Shown here in pieces: positions 40,479 to 50,818 of a stretch of DNA of 64,000 bases. The stretch is from NCBI GenBank assembly GCA_963667035.1, contig OY762964.1:608001-672000 (forward strand), in the 5' to 3' direction. A model generated the notes under the pieces. The model was given only the letters and a program-made list of their open reading frames with translations. It had not been told where the DNA came from and made no database searches. Positions within the stretch are counted from its first letter, which is position 1. Every line of letters starts with the position of its first letter. A program made the translations under genes and the position numbers. The stretch comes from Candidatus Cloacimonadales bacterium. GTDB lineage: Bacteria > Cloacimonadota > Cloacimonadia > Cloacimonadales > JAFGVF01.

Positions 40479-40880
40479 TTATTGAAAGTCTGAAAGCTTG
40501 ATGCTCTTGAATTCGTCATAGAGCTCTTTCGTAATCTTGTGTATTCTTGAAGTGAAGATACATGAACTAAATGTGCAAACTGTTCTACCTAAAGGACAAG
40601 CACCGAGATTAACTTTACCTTCCATAACTTCATATATTTCTAAGAATGTTATCTCTTCTGCAGGTCTACTAAGTATAAAACCTCCTGCAGGACCACGAGA
40701 AGAAGTCACTATATCAGCTTTACTAAGCTTCTGAAACACTTTTGCCAAATGAGCAGGAGATGCTTCAAGATGTTCAGCCAAGGATTTGACGTTCATCTTA
40801 TTGGGATGATTTTTAACTATCAAAGCCAAACCATGCAAAGCAATCGAAGTAGCTTCCGAAATGTTAATGAAATTAGACAT
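40479..40880 (-). CDS. Rrf2 family transcriptional regulator with three Cys
   Basis: HLAKVFQKL...SSRGPAGGF.L.RPAEEITFLEIYE; CPLGRTVCTFSSC. Confidence 0.9.
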   Translation of the reverse strand: MSNFINISEATSIALHGLALIVKNHPNKMNVKSLAEHLEASPAHLAKVFQKLSKADIVTSSRGPAGGFILSRPAEEITFLEIYEVMEGKVNLGACPLGRTVCTFSSCIFTSRIHKITKELYDEFKSIKLSDFQ

Positions 40881-40902
40881 AACAACTCCTTAATAAATAT
40901 TC

Positions 40903-40937
40903 GGGTACTATAATACCTAATAGCGATTGCTTGTCAA
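40903..40937 (-). promoter_or_regulatory. Putative rrf2 promoter with an overlapping GGTA-N6-TACC palindrome
   Basis: Minus-strand TTGACA (40932-40937) and TATTAT (40910-40915); palindrome at 40904-40917 recurs at 40447-40460 before the cupin gene. Confidence 0.55.
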
Positions 40938-41312
40938 ATTATTTTTAATTTATTGAATTATGAAGATACGTGCAAGAGTAGCTTAAGACCGATTATATGA
41001 TGTGATTAGCATGAGATGAATAAATTTTATCTCTTATCATCAAATTGAGTAACAACCTGCAGAACGTTCTAATTAAATTTGGTTAAAATGAATATTGTTT
41101 AATAAGTACACTGAGTTATATCACTTTCAATTGCCGGATTCTGAAGAACAATTCGAATTGATAATCGTAAACAATAAACAAAATTTTGAATTAAGGTAAA
41201 TTTAGGAGGGTATTCCTAAAAGTGTGTAAATTAATTTATCGCAAATCATATTTTTCTACCCATTTGAAGCAAGTAATTTACTCATTTATAATGATAACCC
41301 GGTTCGGATGTT

Positions 41313-41506
41313 TATTATTAATTATTACATAACATTGTTTAAAAGAATTAATAAAGCACTATTTTCCCACTGTGTTTCCACTGTGAAGGTACTGCTACCC
41401 CGGTGTTTCAGTGAGTGGATAGTGCGTTCACAGTGGAATCACAGTGCAAACACAGTGCGTTGGTTGAGTATGGAGTGTGAGAGAACAGTGAGGGGTCTAA
41501 AATGAC
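41313..41506 (-). repeat. Dispersed 11-bp-phased CACTG/CAGTG element, copy 3
   Basis: YACTR at 41357, 41368, 41379, 41390; YAGTG at 41409, 41420, 41431, 41442, 41453; aligns with copy 1 over about 190 bp. Confidence 0.9.
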
Positions 41507-41922
41507 GTATATTATATCGTCCTGAATATAGTATATACATCAATCTCTGATCTCAATTATCAAGTGCATCCTAATCAGTCAACAAAAGATGTACTTATCC
41601 ATAAACTATGAGGAAGACGTTTACTTGCATTTCAGTTACCTTTTTAAGGGATAAATATCTTATATTGTAGTATTCATCCTAGGAAAATAAAGTCCCATTC
41701 GAATACCCGACTCACAATATATTGCTGTAGAAATACATTTAGCTTTTCACTCGGTTAATGGAGAACAAGAAGAATGTTAGTATCAGTCTTTCTAACATAT
41801 TTCTTGAGAACTCTGAAAGCCTTGGATAGTAATGATGTATTTGATGTCTGATCATGTGAGACGTAAGAACTGATAATTTTAACTGACAGTTGAGGAACAA
41901 AATAAGTAATTAACTAATAATT

Positions 41923-42131
41923 CTAATCCTTGATTTTATCAGTTACCACTTTAAGATTCATAATGCGGTTATATGATTCTTCAATACGCTCTTCCGATAT
42001 TTTACCCACTTTCACTAGAGACTTAATTATATTAAAAGCATGTCCCATTATTTCCTCATCAGATTTAGGAGATGCAAAGAGGAGGATATCAACGCCAGCA
42101 TTAACCGATTCCTCCATAACTTCTTCCCATT
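41923..42131 (-). pseudogene. 3' fragment of a GH3 beta-hexosaminidase (paralog of 46297-47397)
   Basis: EESVNAGVDILLFASPKSDEEIMGHAF.IIKSLV..GKIS.ERIEESYNRI is nearly identical to the C-terminus of 46297-47397; no 5' part. Confidence 0.8.
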
Positions 42132-42247
42132 AATTGTACTTCCGAGATTACGAAATCTCCATCATTATGATAATCACATGCTTCTACATCACCTGCTTGT
42201 AAATGATTGTTCTTAGAATAAATCCGTACTAACAGATAGATAGTGTG

Positions 42248-44456
42248 CTAAAAATATAACTTGTAAAGTAATTTAAAGTTTCTCCCAGGTTCAGGCATAA
42301 TTGATTTAATCTTGGATAGGTGCCTCCTATATTCATTATTGTAGATATTCTCACAGCTGAAATCTATTGAATGCTGGAATATCTTTTTTGATATTAGAAA
42401 CCGAGCATAGATATCTTGAGTGAAAAAACCTTCAGTGGCTTCTTCGAACTCACCAAGTCGATCCTGTTCTGCTACGAAATTGAATCTAGAGCCAACAATG
42501 ATATTCTTTATTTTGTACGAGAGGTCTAACTTTGCTTTAAGGGGTGGAATATAGGGTAAAGGTGTATCAGTTTCAGTTAAGTCACCTTCTACATAGGTCA
42601 AGTTTCCCGCTATGGTAAGCTTATTCTCTAAATCCCATTTGAAAGAGGCTTCAATACCTTTAATTAAAGCATCATTACCCTCGTTCTTATATACTGGAAG
42701 TAATAAGCTCCATTCAGTTTCACCTGTGTTTCTCTGGAAGATATAGTTATCGAATACATTGGCATAAACTGCCACTTCCATCTTAAGATTATCTTGCTTA
42801 AAAGAGAGGTCTACTTCATAGCCCCAACCAGTTTCTTCAGACATATCAGCATTCCCAATCTCGTAAGAATAGGCGGCTAAGTGAGGACCTTGCGAGAATA
42901 ATTCTTCCATCTGAGGAGATCTAAAGGTCTTCATGAAAATTGCATCAACAAAGAAGCCTTTACCAATGTAGTAGTTACTTGAAACGGAATAAGATAACCC
43001 TTTAAAAATACGTCTTCGGATATACCCTACCAAGGGATTGTGCGTGCCCTCTTCATTGTCTTCAGGATTGATGTCATGGTAGTCAAATCTAATAGAAGTC
43101 TTAACTAACCATCTTGAAAGTGCTAGTTCATTATAGTTGTATAATGCTAATGTATTCTTTACTATATCTGGTGCAAAAGATAAACCACCTATACGATAAT
43201 CTTTGTACTCTCCCCATAAACCAATAATAGACTTTGAGAATATTAGCCATGGATTTGTAATCAGATTTGATTTAACTTTATGAGAATAAAGATCGAAAGA
43301 GACACCAATTAGATCGGAGCGTTCTAATTCCTCGTGGTAATAATGAGCATAGTTATGACTAATCTCCCAATAATCTATTACAGAATTATCAAAGTCGAAA
43401 AGGCACTTTGATTCTGAATGAAAGCGTTGCATTTCGATTCTCACTCCATTCGGATGACCACCTTTAAAACCACCGGGGATTCCGTAATCAGAGGAATAAT
43501 CACTTATTGCAGTTCCAACCATTCCCCAGTCACGAATTAAACTGATTCCCGCAGAGCCATTCAAATTCTCAATATCACTATTCTTTAATGTGTTATTGGG
43601 AGATTCTATATCGTTGGTTTTACGATAACTCCCATCAACCTTACCTGTAAACAGAGATATTGGGAAACTCAGTTCAATACTATTTACAAACCCACGATTA
43701 ACAGTCTCTCCTTGTGTACTTAACACACCACTTAACTTCTCAATTTTATGATCAGGAATATAACCTCTCTCAATATTTATTACACCACCTATATTGTTGG
43801 AACCATAAACTAAAGCTTCCGGACCACGTATAACCTCTATTTTACTTGCAGTAATAGGTTCTATCGCTACAGCGTGGTCAGATGAAGTACTTGAAATGTC
43901 ACCTGTCTGATCTCCATCTTCAAGAATTGATAATCGACTTCCTCCTAATCCTCTCATTACCGGACGAGAAGGAGCAGGTCCCATGCTAATATAGTCCATT
44001 CCCGGTTCTTCAGAAAGCGTTTCTCCAATAGTTGCGGATAGAGCTTGATCTAACTTTTGGGAAGATATCTCCATAACAGGTTGGACAATCTTTCTTTCCG
44101 TTCTGGTAGCATCAACTATTAAGCCATCCATTTTAACCGAATCTTTTTCTAAGAGAAGCTTAAGAGTAGTTGTCTTTTCTTCAGTGATTATAACCTTTCG
44201 TCTGATTTGTTTATACCCAATTCGTTTTACTACTACTTCATACTTCCCGGCAGGTATAGCTTGAATTATTGCAGTTCCGCTTTCATCACTCAAAGCATAA
44301 AAAACGGGTATTATCCAACTCAATTTGGCATTTCTCAATCGGTTGCTGATTATATGTGTCTTTTAACTGGCAAACTAAATCACCTCTTCCGGTTTTAACT
44401 GCAAAGAGTGCTAAGACATTTATAATCAATGTTGCAATGAGTACTATTTTTTTCAT
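42248..44456 (-). pseudogene. TonB-dependent receptor (metal uptake type) with a one-base frameshift near the 5' end
   Basis: Signal-peptide ORF MKKIVLIATLIINVLALFA starts at 44456 and stops at 44286; removing one base from the A6 run at 44299-44304 joins it to the plug/barrel frame (RGLGGSR, IEVIRGPEALVYG, PGRNFKLLYKLYF). Confidence 0.8.
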
Positions 44457-44471
44457 ACTGAGTATTTTAAA

Positions 44472-44506
44472 AGAAGGTTTGATGGGACAAGCCCATCAAA
44501 CCTTCT
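44472..44506 (-). terminator. Strong hairpin between the lipoprotein and TonB receptor genes
   Basis: AGAAGGTTTGATGGG-ACAAG-CCCATCAAACCTTCT, 15-bp stem followed on the minus strand by TTT. Confidence 0.75.
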
Positions 44507-44513
44507 AAACGAT

Positions 44514-45395
44514 TTATTGAACTACAACCGGAATTGGAAGGGCAACCCCCCAACCAACATGGTCGTCATGCATTAAATCAAGTTCAAGAGTTGTATTCCC
44601 GTTCTGTAAACCGTTTAACAAGAACACCCAGTGTTCACCGTTGCCGGCTTCAGAAACGAACTCAGCGATATTGGTGTCTGCAATTATCCCGGCTAAAGAA
44701 TGCACAGGAACTTCAGGATTGAAATAAACATCATTCTCATCGAAGAATTCAACTTCAAGGTGGTCTGTTTGACCGTTTAATGGAACTGTTAACTGGCCTG
44801 TAACGTTATCAGCAGTAGCTGTAACAAGTACAGTACCTGTTTCTTCATCTTTAACTACAAGTCCCACTGGTGGACCATGTCCATCACTTTCATGACTTAC
44901 TGTTACCGGAACCCAAACATCATCAGGCATAATGAAACCGTAATGATCTTCATGAACCAAGGCAATATGTAAACCTGTTGTTCCTTCAGCAGCACCTACT
45001 GCATGGAATCCCCAGTCTTCACCGGTATCTTGATCATGTCTCCATACTTTGGCAACAGTAGTATCTTGCATTGTTAATTCCAACCAATGGTGGCCATCGT
45101 TTAAGTCATCATTATTTACCGGATTAAAGTCAAATCCTTCCTGATCGATGAAATAAACAGCTATGTGTCCACTCATTTCACCAGCATGTACAGTAATCTC
45201 AGAATCCTGTTCTAATTCACCCTGATAATATCGTGCTACTTCAACTCCACTATCATAAAGCACAAAGCCCCATGGCATCACGTGCTCACCTATATCATCA
45301 TCATCATCGTCATCTTGGCAACCTGTTAATCCTAGAAAAGAGATTGCTAAAATGAGCAATAAAAAGCCTAATAATTTTGCTTTTCTGTTTTTCAT
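44514..45395 (-). CDS. His/Asp-rich lipoprotein with two internal Ig-like repeats, probable metal-binding
   Basis: Lipobox LTGC then poly-Asp; two similar halves (G..L.D...H..V.F.D...H.L....DT..A...W.F...G...G.T.L...L.H.DH). Confidence 0.7.
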   Translation of the reverse strand: MKNRKAKLLGFLLLILAISFLGLTGCQDDDDDDDIGEHVMPWGFVLYDSGVEVARYYQGELEQDSEITVHAGEMSGHIAVYFIDQEGFDFNPVNNDDLNDGHHWLELTMQDTTVAKVWRHDQDTGEDWGFHAVGAAEGTTGLHIALVHEDHYGFIMPDDVWVPVTVSHESDGHGPPVGLVVKDEETGTVLVTATADNVTGQLTVPLNGQTDHLEVEFFDENDVYFNPEVPVHSLAGIIADTNIAEFVSEAGNGEHWVFLLNGLQNGNTTLELDLMHDDHVGWGVALPIPVVVQ

Positions 45396-45583
45396 AGTCC
45401 TCTCCTGTAACGCATTTTGCGTTGTAAAGGCTTTTGAGATACAGCTTTTTAGTGTATCCTTTTATTCTAATTCTTAATATCTATCTGGTTTAGTGATATT
45501 TTCCATAGTAATACTACTCTGTTAACAAAGTAAGAATTTCAACTTCTCATAAAGACTTCCTGAATCTTTATGTTGGAATAGAA

Positions 45584-45889
45584 TTAGAATCGGGGAGGGG
45601 CTCTTGAATTGTGTTTGTTGGTTAGTTGTGCACTAATTAACTTTTCTACGTATATCTCTATATAAATATGCTTATATAGATTTATGAACAAAAATAATAT
45701 CGGTGTTATTATGATAGAAGTAAAGAGAAGATAAATCTCATGAGCAGGACATCCATGATGATGCTTAAAATCAAATGTATGGTTGTGGAAGAAATCGTGA
45801 CCTATGCTTAAGAATAGCATAATAACTATCGTAGTCACTACAAGTGCTATTTTTGATTTCTTACTTCTATATAGTTTCATTTCCCTCAC
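45584..45889 (-). CDS. Small membrane leader protein with a His-rich loop and C-terminal RAPP motif (DUF2946/CruR-CutF-like)
   Basis: Hydrophobic segment, HDFFHNHTFDFKHHHGCPAH, second hydrophobic segment, ends SRAPPRF. Confidence 0.68.
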   Translation of the reverse strand: MREMKLYRSKKSKIALVVTTIVIMLFLSIGHDFFHNHTFDFKHHHGCPAHEIYLLFTSIIITPILFLFINLYKHIYIEIYVEKLISAQLTNKHNSRAPPRF

Positions 45890-45980
45890 TATGTATTACT
45901 TAATGTTCTCGCTCGTCATATGCTTTTATAAGGATTTACCCGATCAACAACAAGCATCAGTCAATTATACTTATTATAAA

Positions 45981-46009
45981 AATATATGCTAGAAAATCTT
46001 ATTTGTCAA
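45981..46009 (-). promoter_or_regulatory. Sigma70-type promoter of the RAPP-lipoprotein-TBDT locus
   Basis: Minus-strand TTGACA-N17-TATATT. Confidence 0.6.
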
Positions 46010-46296
46010 GAAATTTGTGTAAGATATATCAATATCAATTTCATTCTCTGGTTTCTTTATCCTCATTAATCTCTCATGTCCTACAACTTTATAATCCATA
46101 CAAATATCCTATATGAACATATAGGAACTATATTTTCTTTAATATTTATGTTAGTTATGGACGTAGAATGTTACAAAGGGTAGCAGAATTTGATTAGAAG
46201 AACTCTATAAAGTGAGTAACTATATTTACACAATCTGTCGTGCTTTTAAAAATTAAGAATTATATAATATTGGATAATGTTGTTACTCGTATAGTA

Positions 46297-47397
46297 TTAG
46301 TTACGATTGAGATTACTCTTTAAGCTAATTATACGGTTATATGATTCTTCAATACGCTCTTTTGATATCTTACCTTCCATCACTAGAGACTTGATTATGC
46401 TAAAAGCATGCCCCATTATCTCCTCATCAGATTTCGGAGAGGCAAAGAGAAGGATATCAACGCCTGCATTAACCGATTTTTCTATCACTTCTTCCCATTG
46501 ATAGTTATCGTGAATAGCTTTCATATAAAGACCGTCTGATACCACAACACCGTTCCATCCGAGTTCTTTTCGTAAGAGACCATTGATGGTTTTATCCGAC
46601 ATTGTTGCCGGATAAAGTGAATCTATCTTAGCATTGAAGATATGGGCAGTCATAATCATGTCTAACTTATTCTCTGTAATCAGACCTTTATAAGGAATTA
46701 ACTCAATTTCAGACCAAGTATCAGTAATATCCGTAAAACCTTCATGACTATCATTAAGGGATGAACCATGCCCCGGAAAGTGTTTTACTGCTGTGAGAAT
46801 ATTGTGTTTGTGATGTTCATCAATAAAAGTGGAAGCATGCTGCAGCACTTTTACGGGATCTGAAGATATACTACGATGCAGTTTGGCTATAACAGGACAA
46901 TCAGGATTTACTGCAACATCGACTACAGGAGCAAAATTTAGATTAAATCCGACAGAGCTAAGTTGTTCAGCAATCAATTGGCTCCATTCCCTTGTGGCAT
47001 CAGGATTATCTACTTCGCCTATGAATTCAGCAGGACAAGGCTTTTTGAATCCATAAGGTTCCTTCAGTCTGCTCACAAGTCCACCTTCCTGATCTACAGC
47101 TACAAAAAGTGGGGTAGAGGAAGCTGATTGTAATTGCTTGATTAATTTGGAAAGCTGTTCCTTATTCTTAATGTTTCTATCTTTCTTCTTTGTCTCCGGA
47201 TTATAATCAAATAGAATTACACCTCCGGGTTTGTATTGTTTGATTTCTTTAGCAATGCGAGTTTCGGGACCTGCTTCCATTCCATAGAAACCAACCATAA
47301 GCATTTGTCCTATCATATCATCAAGTGTCGGTTGTCTCTTTTGAGAGCATGATAATAACAGGATAGAGATAGAAATAATAAGAATAAGTTTTTTCAT
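46297..47397 (-). CDS. GH3 beta-N-acetylhexosaminidase (NagZ-like) lipoprotein
   Basis: Lipobox LLSC, VDQEGG, NFAPVVD, KHFPGHG....DSH, VVSDGL. Confidence 0.9.
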   Translation of the reverse strand: MKKLILIISISILLLSCSQKRQPTLDDMIGQMLMVGFYGMEAGPETRIAKEIKQYKPGGVILFDYNPETKKKDRNIKNKEQLSKLIKQLQSASSTPLFVAVDQEGGLVSRLKEPYGFKKPCPAEFIGEVDNPDATREWSQLIAEQLSSVGFNLNFAPVVDVAVNPDCPVIAKLHRSISSDPVKVLQHASTFIDEHHKHNILTAVKHFPGHGSSLNDSHEGFTDITDTWSEIELIPYKGLITENKLDMIMTAHIFNAKIDSLYPATMSDKTINGLLRKELGWNGVVVSDGLYMKAIHDNYQWEEVIEKSVNAGVDILLFASPKSDEEIMGHAFSIIKSLVMEGKISKERIEESYNRIISLKSNLNRN

Positions 47398-47420
47398 AGA
47401 TAGTTTTCCTTAAAAAGAAA

Positions 47421-47440
47421 GGGCATCCGATCGGATGCCC
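47421..47440 (-). terminator. Perfect palindrome after the aminotransferase gene
   Basis: GGGCATCCGATCGGATGCCC followed on the minus strand by TTTCTTTT. Confidence 0.75.
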
Positions 47441-47454
47441 CTATATATCAATGA

Positions 47455-48699
47455 TTACATTAACTTGTTAAGTTCTGCAAGTGACTCTTTAATAGCTTGA
47501 GCAGCTCTATTGAGATCTTCGTCAGTATGACGATAAGCGATATAACCGTGATGATAAGGTTGTAAGAATACACCACGTCTGATTAACTGTGTATAGAACT
47601 CGTTTCTGAGTTTCTTATAAAGCTTGTCAGGATCGGGTCTGAAAGTAATGAAAGGCATCCAAGGAGCCCCACTGAAGTTTACCGGCATACCACTATCATC
47701 AACTATATCTTGAATCTGTTTTGCAAACTTCTCTCCTTTAGCATGTATTACATCAAGAACGTTATTCTTCTCGAGGTAATCAATAGTAGCAATAGCAGCA
47801 ACTTGAGCTTCACTGTTAGGGAAGTAAGTTGAAGATAAGAAAACTTCACTTTCAAGCATCTTCATGTGCTCTTTCTTACCAACGAGAGCAGCAATTGCAT
47901 AACCGTTAGCCATAGCCTTACCAACTGATGTGAGATCAGGAGTAACACCGAAATACTTCTGTGCACCACCCATTGAGCTTCTGAAACCTGTTCTGATTTC
48001 ATCAAACATAAGAACACAACCGTATTGGTCGGCAAGTTTTCTTACGCCTTCAAGGTAGCCCGGTTTAGGCATCTGTACTTCATGTGCAAGAGGATGACCA
48101 ACAGGCGTAACAATGATACAAGCCATATCGTCACCATGCTTTTTGAGCAAATCTTCAAGAGCATCAAGGTCGTTATAAGGGAATTCAAAAGTATCCTCGT
48201 ATAATTTCTTTGGGATTCCACCTTTTACTTCAACACACCAGTCATGCCAACCATGATAACCGCATCTGGCAATCTTAGTTCTTCCGGTATAAGCACGAGA
48301 AACACGAATACCGATACTTGTAGCATCTGATCCTGTTTTTACAAAAGCAGCCATCTCACATGATGGGATGTGCTTAATAAGCTTCTCAGCAAGAATATTC
48401 TGTAAGGGTTGAGTAAGGGAGAAACAGAAACCTTTTTCTTGAATCTGTTTGATAACAGCATTATCAATCTCTTCTTCTCTGTGTCCGATAATAATTGGAC
48501 CATAAGCACATAAGAAATCAAGGTATTCATTACCATCAACATCCCAAACTTTACCACCTTTAGCATGGTCAAAGAAGATTGGATATTCACCGGGTACAAA
48601 GTTGTACGGTCTTCTGATTCCTGCAACTGCTCCCGGGACAATCTCAAGAGCACGGTTGTACATTTCCATTGACTTTGTTAAATTAAGTTTTTCTGCCAT
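47455..48699 (-). CDS. Class III PLP aminotransferase (HemL-like); probable 3-aminobutyryl-CoA aminotransferase (Kat)
   Basis: WDVDGNEYLD, KTGSDA, GYHGWHDW, FDEIRTGFR, GKAMANG; co-oriented directly after a thiolase. Confidence 0.75.
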   Translation of the reverse strand: MAEKLNLTKSMEMYNRALEIVPGAVAGIRRPYNFVPGEYPIFFDHAKGGKVWDVDGNEYLDFLCAYGPIIIGHREEEIDNAVIKQIQEKGFCFSLTQPLQNILAEKLIKHIPSCEMAAFVKTGSDATSIGIRVSRAYTGRTKIARCGYHGWHDWCVEVKGGIPKKLYEDTFEFPYNDLDALEDLLKKHGDDMACIIVTPVGHPLAHEVQMPKPGYLEGVRKLADQYGCVLMFDEIRTGFRSSMGGAQKYFGVTPDLTSVGKAMANGYAIAALVGKKEHMKMLESEVFLSSTYFPNSEAQVAAIATIDYLEKNNVLDVIHAKGEKFAKQIQDIVDDSGMPVNFSGAPWMPFITFRPDPDKLYKKLRNEFYTQLIRRGVFLQPYHHGYIAYRHTDEDLNRAAQAIKESLAELNKLM

Positions 48700-48723
48700 T
48701 TTAACCTCTATATATCTTTTTTA

Positions 48724-49917
48724 TTATTTCATTTCCCATAATGAGCTAATGCCCATTCCACCACCAATACAAAGAGATGCAAGACCTTTCTTGGTTCCTC
48801 TTTTCTTCATTTCATGTAGAAGGGTAACAATGATTCTGGCTCCTGAACAACCGATTGGGTGACCAAGTGCTATTGCTCCACCATTTACATTTACTATCTC
48901 AGGATTAATACCACCTACATCTTTAAGTCCTTCAAAAACAGAAAGCGATTGAGCAGCAAAAGCCTCATTGAGTTCAGCAAGTTCTATATCTTCAAGTTTC
49001 CATCCGCTCTTATCAAGAACTTTTTTAACAGCCGGAACCGGACCAAATCCCATGTAAGCAGGATCGACACCTGCTGAAGCATAATCAACTAAATAAGCCA
49101 TAGGAGTGAGACCTAACTCGTTAGCTTTTTCTTCACTCATAAGAAGAAGGAAAGCTGCGCCGTCATTTATACCTGAAGAGTTAGCTGCAGTCACTGTACC
49201 GTCTTTTTTGAAAGCTGGTCTAAGTTTTGAAAGACCTTGAGCTGTCACACCTTTACGTGGGAATTCATCAGTATCAAAGATGATAGGGTCACCTTTTCTT
49301 TGAGGAATAGAGATAGGCACAATCTCATCTTTGAAGCGACCTGATTCGATTGCAGCTTCAGCTTTGTTCTGACTTCCTGCTGCAAAAGCGTCTTGAGCTT
49401 CACGAGTAAGGTTATACTTTTCAGCTAAATTCTCAGCTGTTATACCCATATGATAACCGTTAAAGATGTCATAAAGTCCGTCATGAACCATGATATCAAC
49501 TAAACTCTTGTCACCCATACGTGCACCCCAGCGAGCATCACGATTGATATAAGGAATCTGACTCATATTCTCTGTACCACCGGCAAGAATGATATCTGCT
49601 TCACCAAGAGCTATCATACCGGCAGCTAGAGTCACAGTTTTCATACCGGATCCGCAAACTTTGTTTACTGTGTAAGCTGGTACAGTGTTTGGAATTCCAG
49701 AATGGATAGATACTTGACGAGCAACATTCTGCCCAAGTCCTGCACCTACGACATTTCCAATAATAACTTCTTCAATCATTTCAGGTTTAACGCCTGTTTC
49801 AGCTAACATTGATTTCACAACCTGTACACCAAGCTCAATAGCAGATACTTTCATCAAAGAACCACCAAAGGTTCCGATAGCACTTCTTTTTGCTGATACT
49901 ACAACTGTTTTTCTCAT
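48724..49917 (-). CDS. Acetyl-CoA C-acetyltransferase (thiolase)
   Basis: [39 protein letters not shown]. Confidence 0.95.
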   Translation of the reverse strand: MRKTVVVSAKRSAIGTFGGSLMKVSAIELGVQVVKSMLAETGVKPEMIEEVIIGNVVGAGLGQNVARQVSIHSGIPNTVPAYTVNKVCGSGMKTVTLAAGMIALGEADIILAGGTENMSQIPYINRDARWGARMGDKSLVDIMVHDGLYDIFNGYHMGITAENLAEKYNLTREAQDAFAAGSQNKAEAAIESGRFKDEIVPISIPQRKGDPIIFDTDEFPRKGVTAQGLSKLRPAFKKDGTVTAANSSGINDGAAFLLLMSEEKANELGLTPMAYLVDYASAGVDPAYMGFGPVPAVKKVLDKSGWKLEDIELAELNEAFAAQSLSVFEGLKDVGGINPEIVNVNGGAIALGHPIGCSGARIIVTLLHEMKKRGTKKGLASLCIGGGMGISSLWEMK

Positions 49918-49930
49918 TATTCCTCCATAT

Positions 49931-50818
49931 CTATTTATTATTTCGTTTTTCTTTAATTATTATTTCAATCTCATCCGGACTGAATACGTATTTTTTATCA
50001 CAGAAATGGCATTCTGTCACCACATCCTCTTTCTTCATGTCTTCAAGGTCTTCAAAGGTTAACATGAGTAGTCCGGCTCGAAATTTATCGCGACTACAAT
50101 TGCATCTGTATTCCTGATTACTTTCATCCATTATCTCAATGTCAAAGTCTTTTAACACGACTTCTCGAATAATCTTCTCAGCATCATATCCCATATCAAG
50201 TAAATCTGTATAATATGGCATATTGGAGATATTCTCTTCAAGTTTGGCAATAGTTGCTTCCGGTGTTTCAGGTAATAATTGAATAAGAAATCCACCTGCC
50301 TTTTTTACTTTGGCATCTTCATCTATTAACACCCCTAAACTGCATGCACTTGGAACTTGATCCGATTGATATAAAAAGTAAGTTAAATCATCAGCAATTT
50401 CACCTGTTCTTAACTCGGAAGTACTGATATATGGTTGCTCATTCTTTTGATGTCTAATTACGTTGAGGTAGCCGGGCAATACCATTGAACCTATGTTTTG
50501 CAAAGGTAACTTGTCAGCATTCTCCGGTACATAAGAGGGATTATTGACATAACCTCTAACATATCCTCCTCGTTCGGTTACGGCTGTTGCTTTACCCAAA
50601 GGTCCTTCTCCTTGGAGTGAGAGTGTCATTGACTCTGAAAGCCCTTTCAAATCAACACTCAGAAGCATACTGGCTGTGAGAAGTCTTCCTAATACTACAG
50701 TTGCATGAGGAGAGCTTTTCTGGTAATCTTGAGCTGTTTTGACAACATCCGTTGAATCAGTGACAACAAATCTAATCTCGTTATTAGAAGCTGTTCCTCT
50801 GATTAATCTATCTGACAT
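49931..50818 (-). CDS. hslO: Hsp33 redox-regulated chaperone
   Basis: [14 protein letters not shown]...[20 protein letters not shown]...CHFC zinc motif. Confidence 0.92.
   Translation of the reverse strand: MSDRLIRGTASNNEIRFVVTDSTDVVKTAQDYQKSSPHATVVLGRLLTASMLLSVDLKGLSESMTLSLQGEGPLGKATAVTERGGYVRGYVNNPSYVPENADKLPLQNIGSMVLPGYLNVIRHQKNEQPYISTSELRTGEIADDLTYFLYQSDQVPSACSLGVLIDEDAKVKKAGGFLIQLLPETPEATIAKLEENISNMPYYTDLLDMGYDAEKIIREVVLKDFDIEIMDESNQEYRCNCSRDKFRAGLLMLTFEDLEDMKKEDVVTECHFCDKKYVFSPDEIEIIIKEKRNNK

Noticed and set aside
41510..41920. Intergenic stretch with an imperfect hairpin (about 41766-41806) as a riboswitch or gene remnant
   Set aside because: No recognisable aptamer or protein motif; insufficient evidence.
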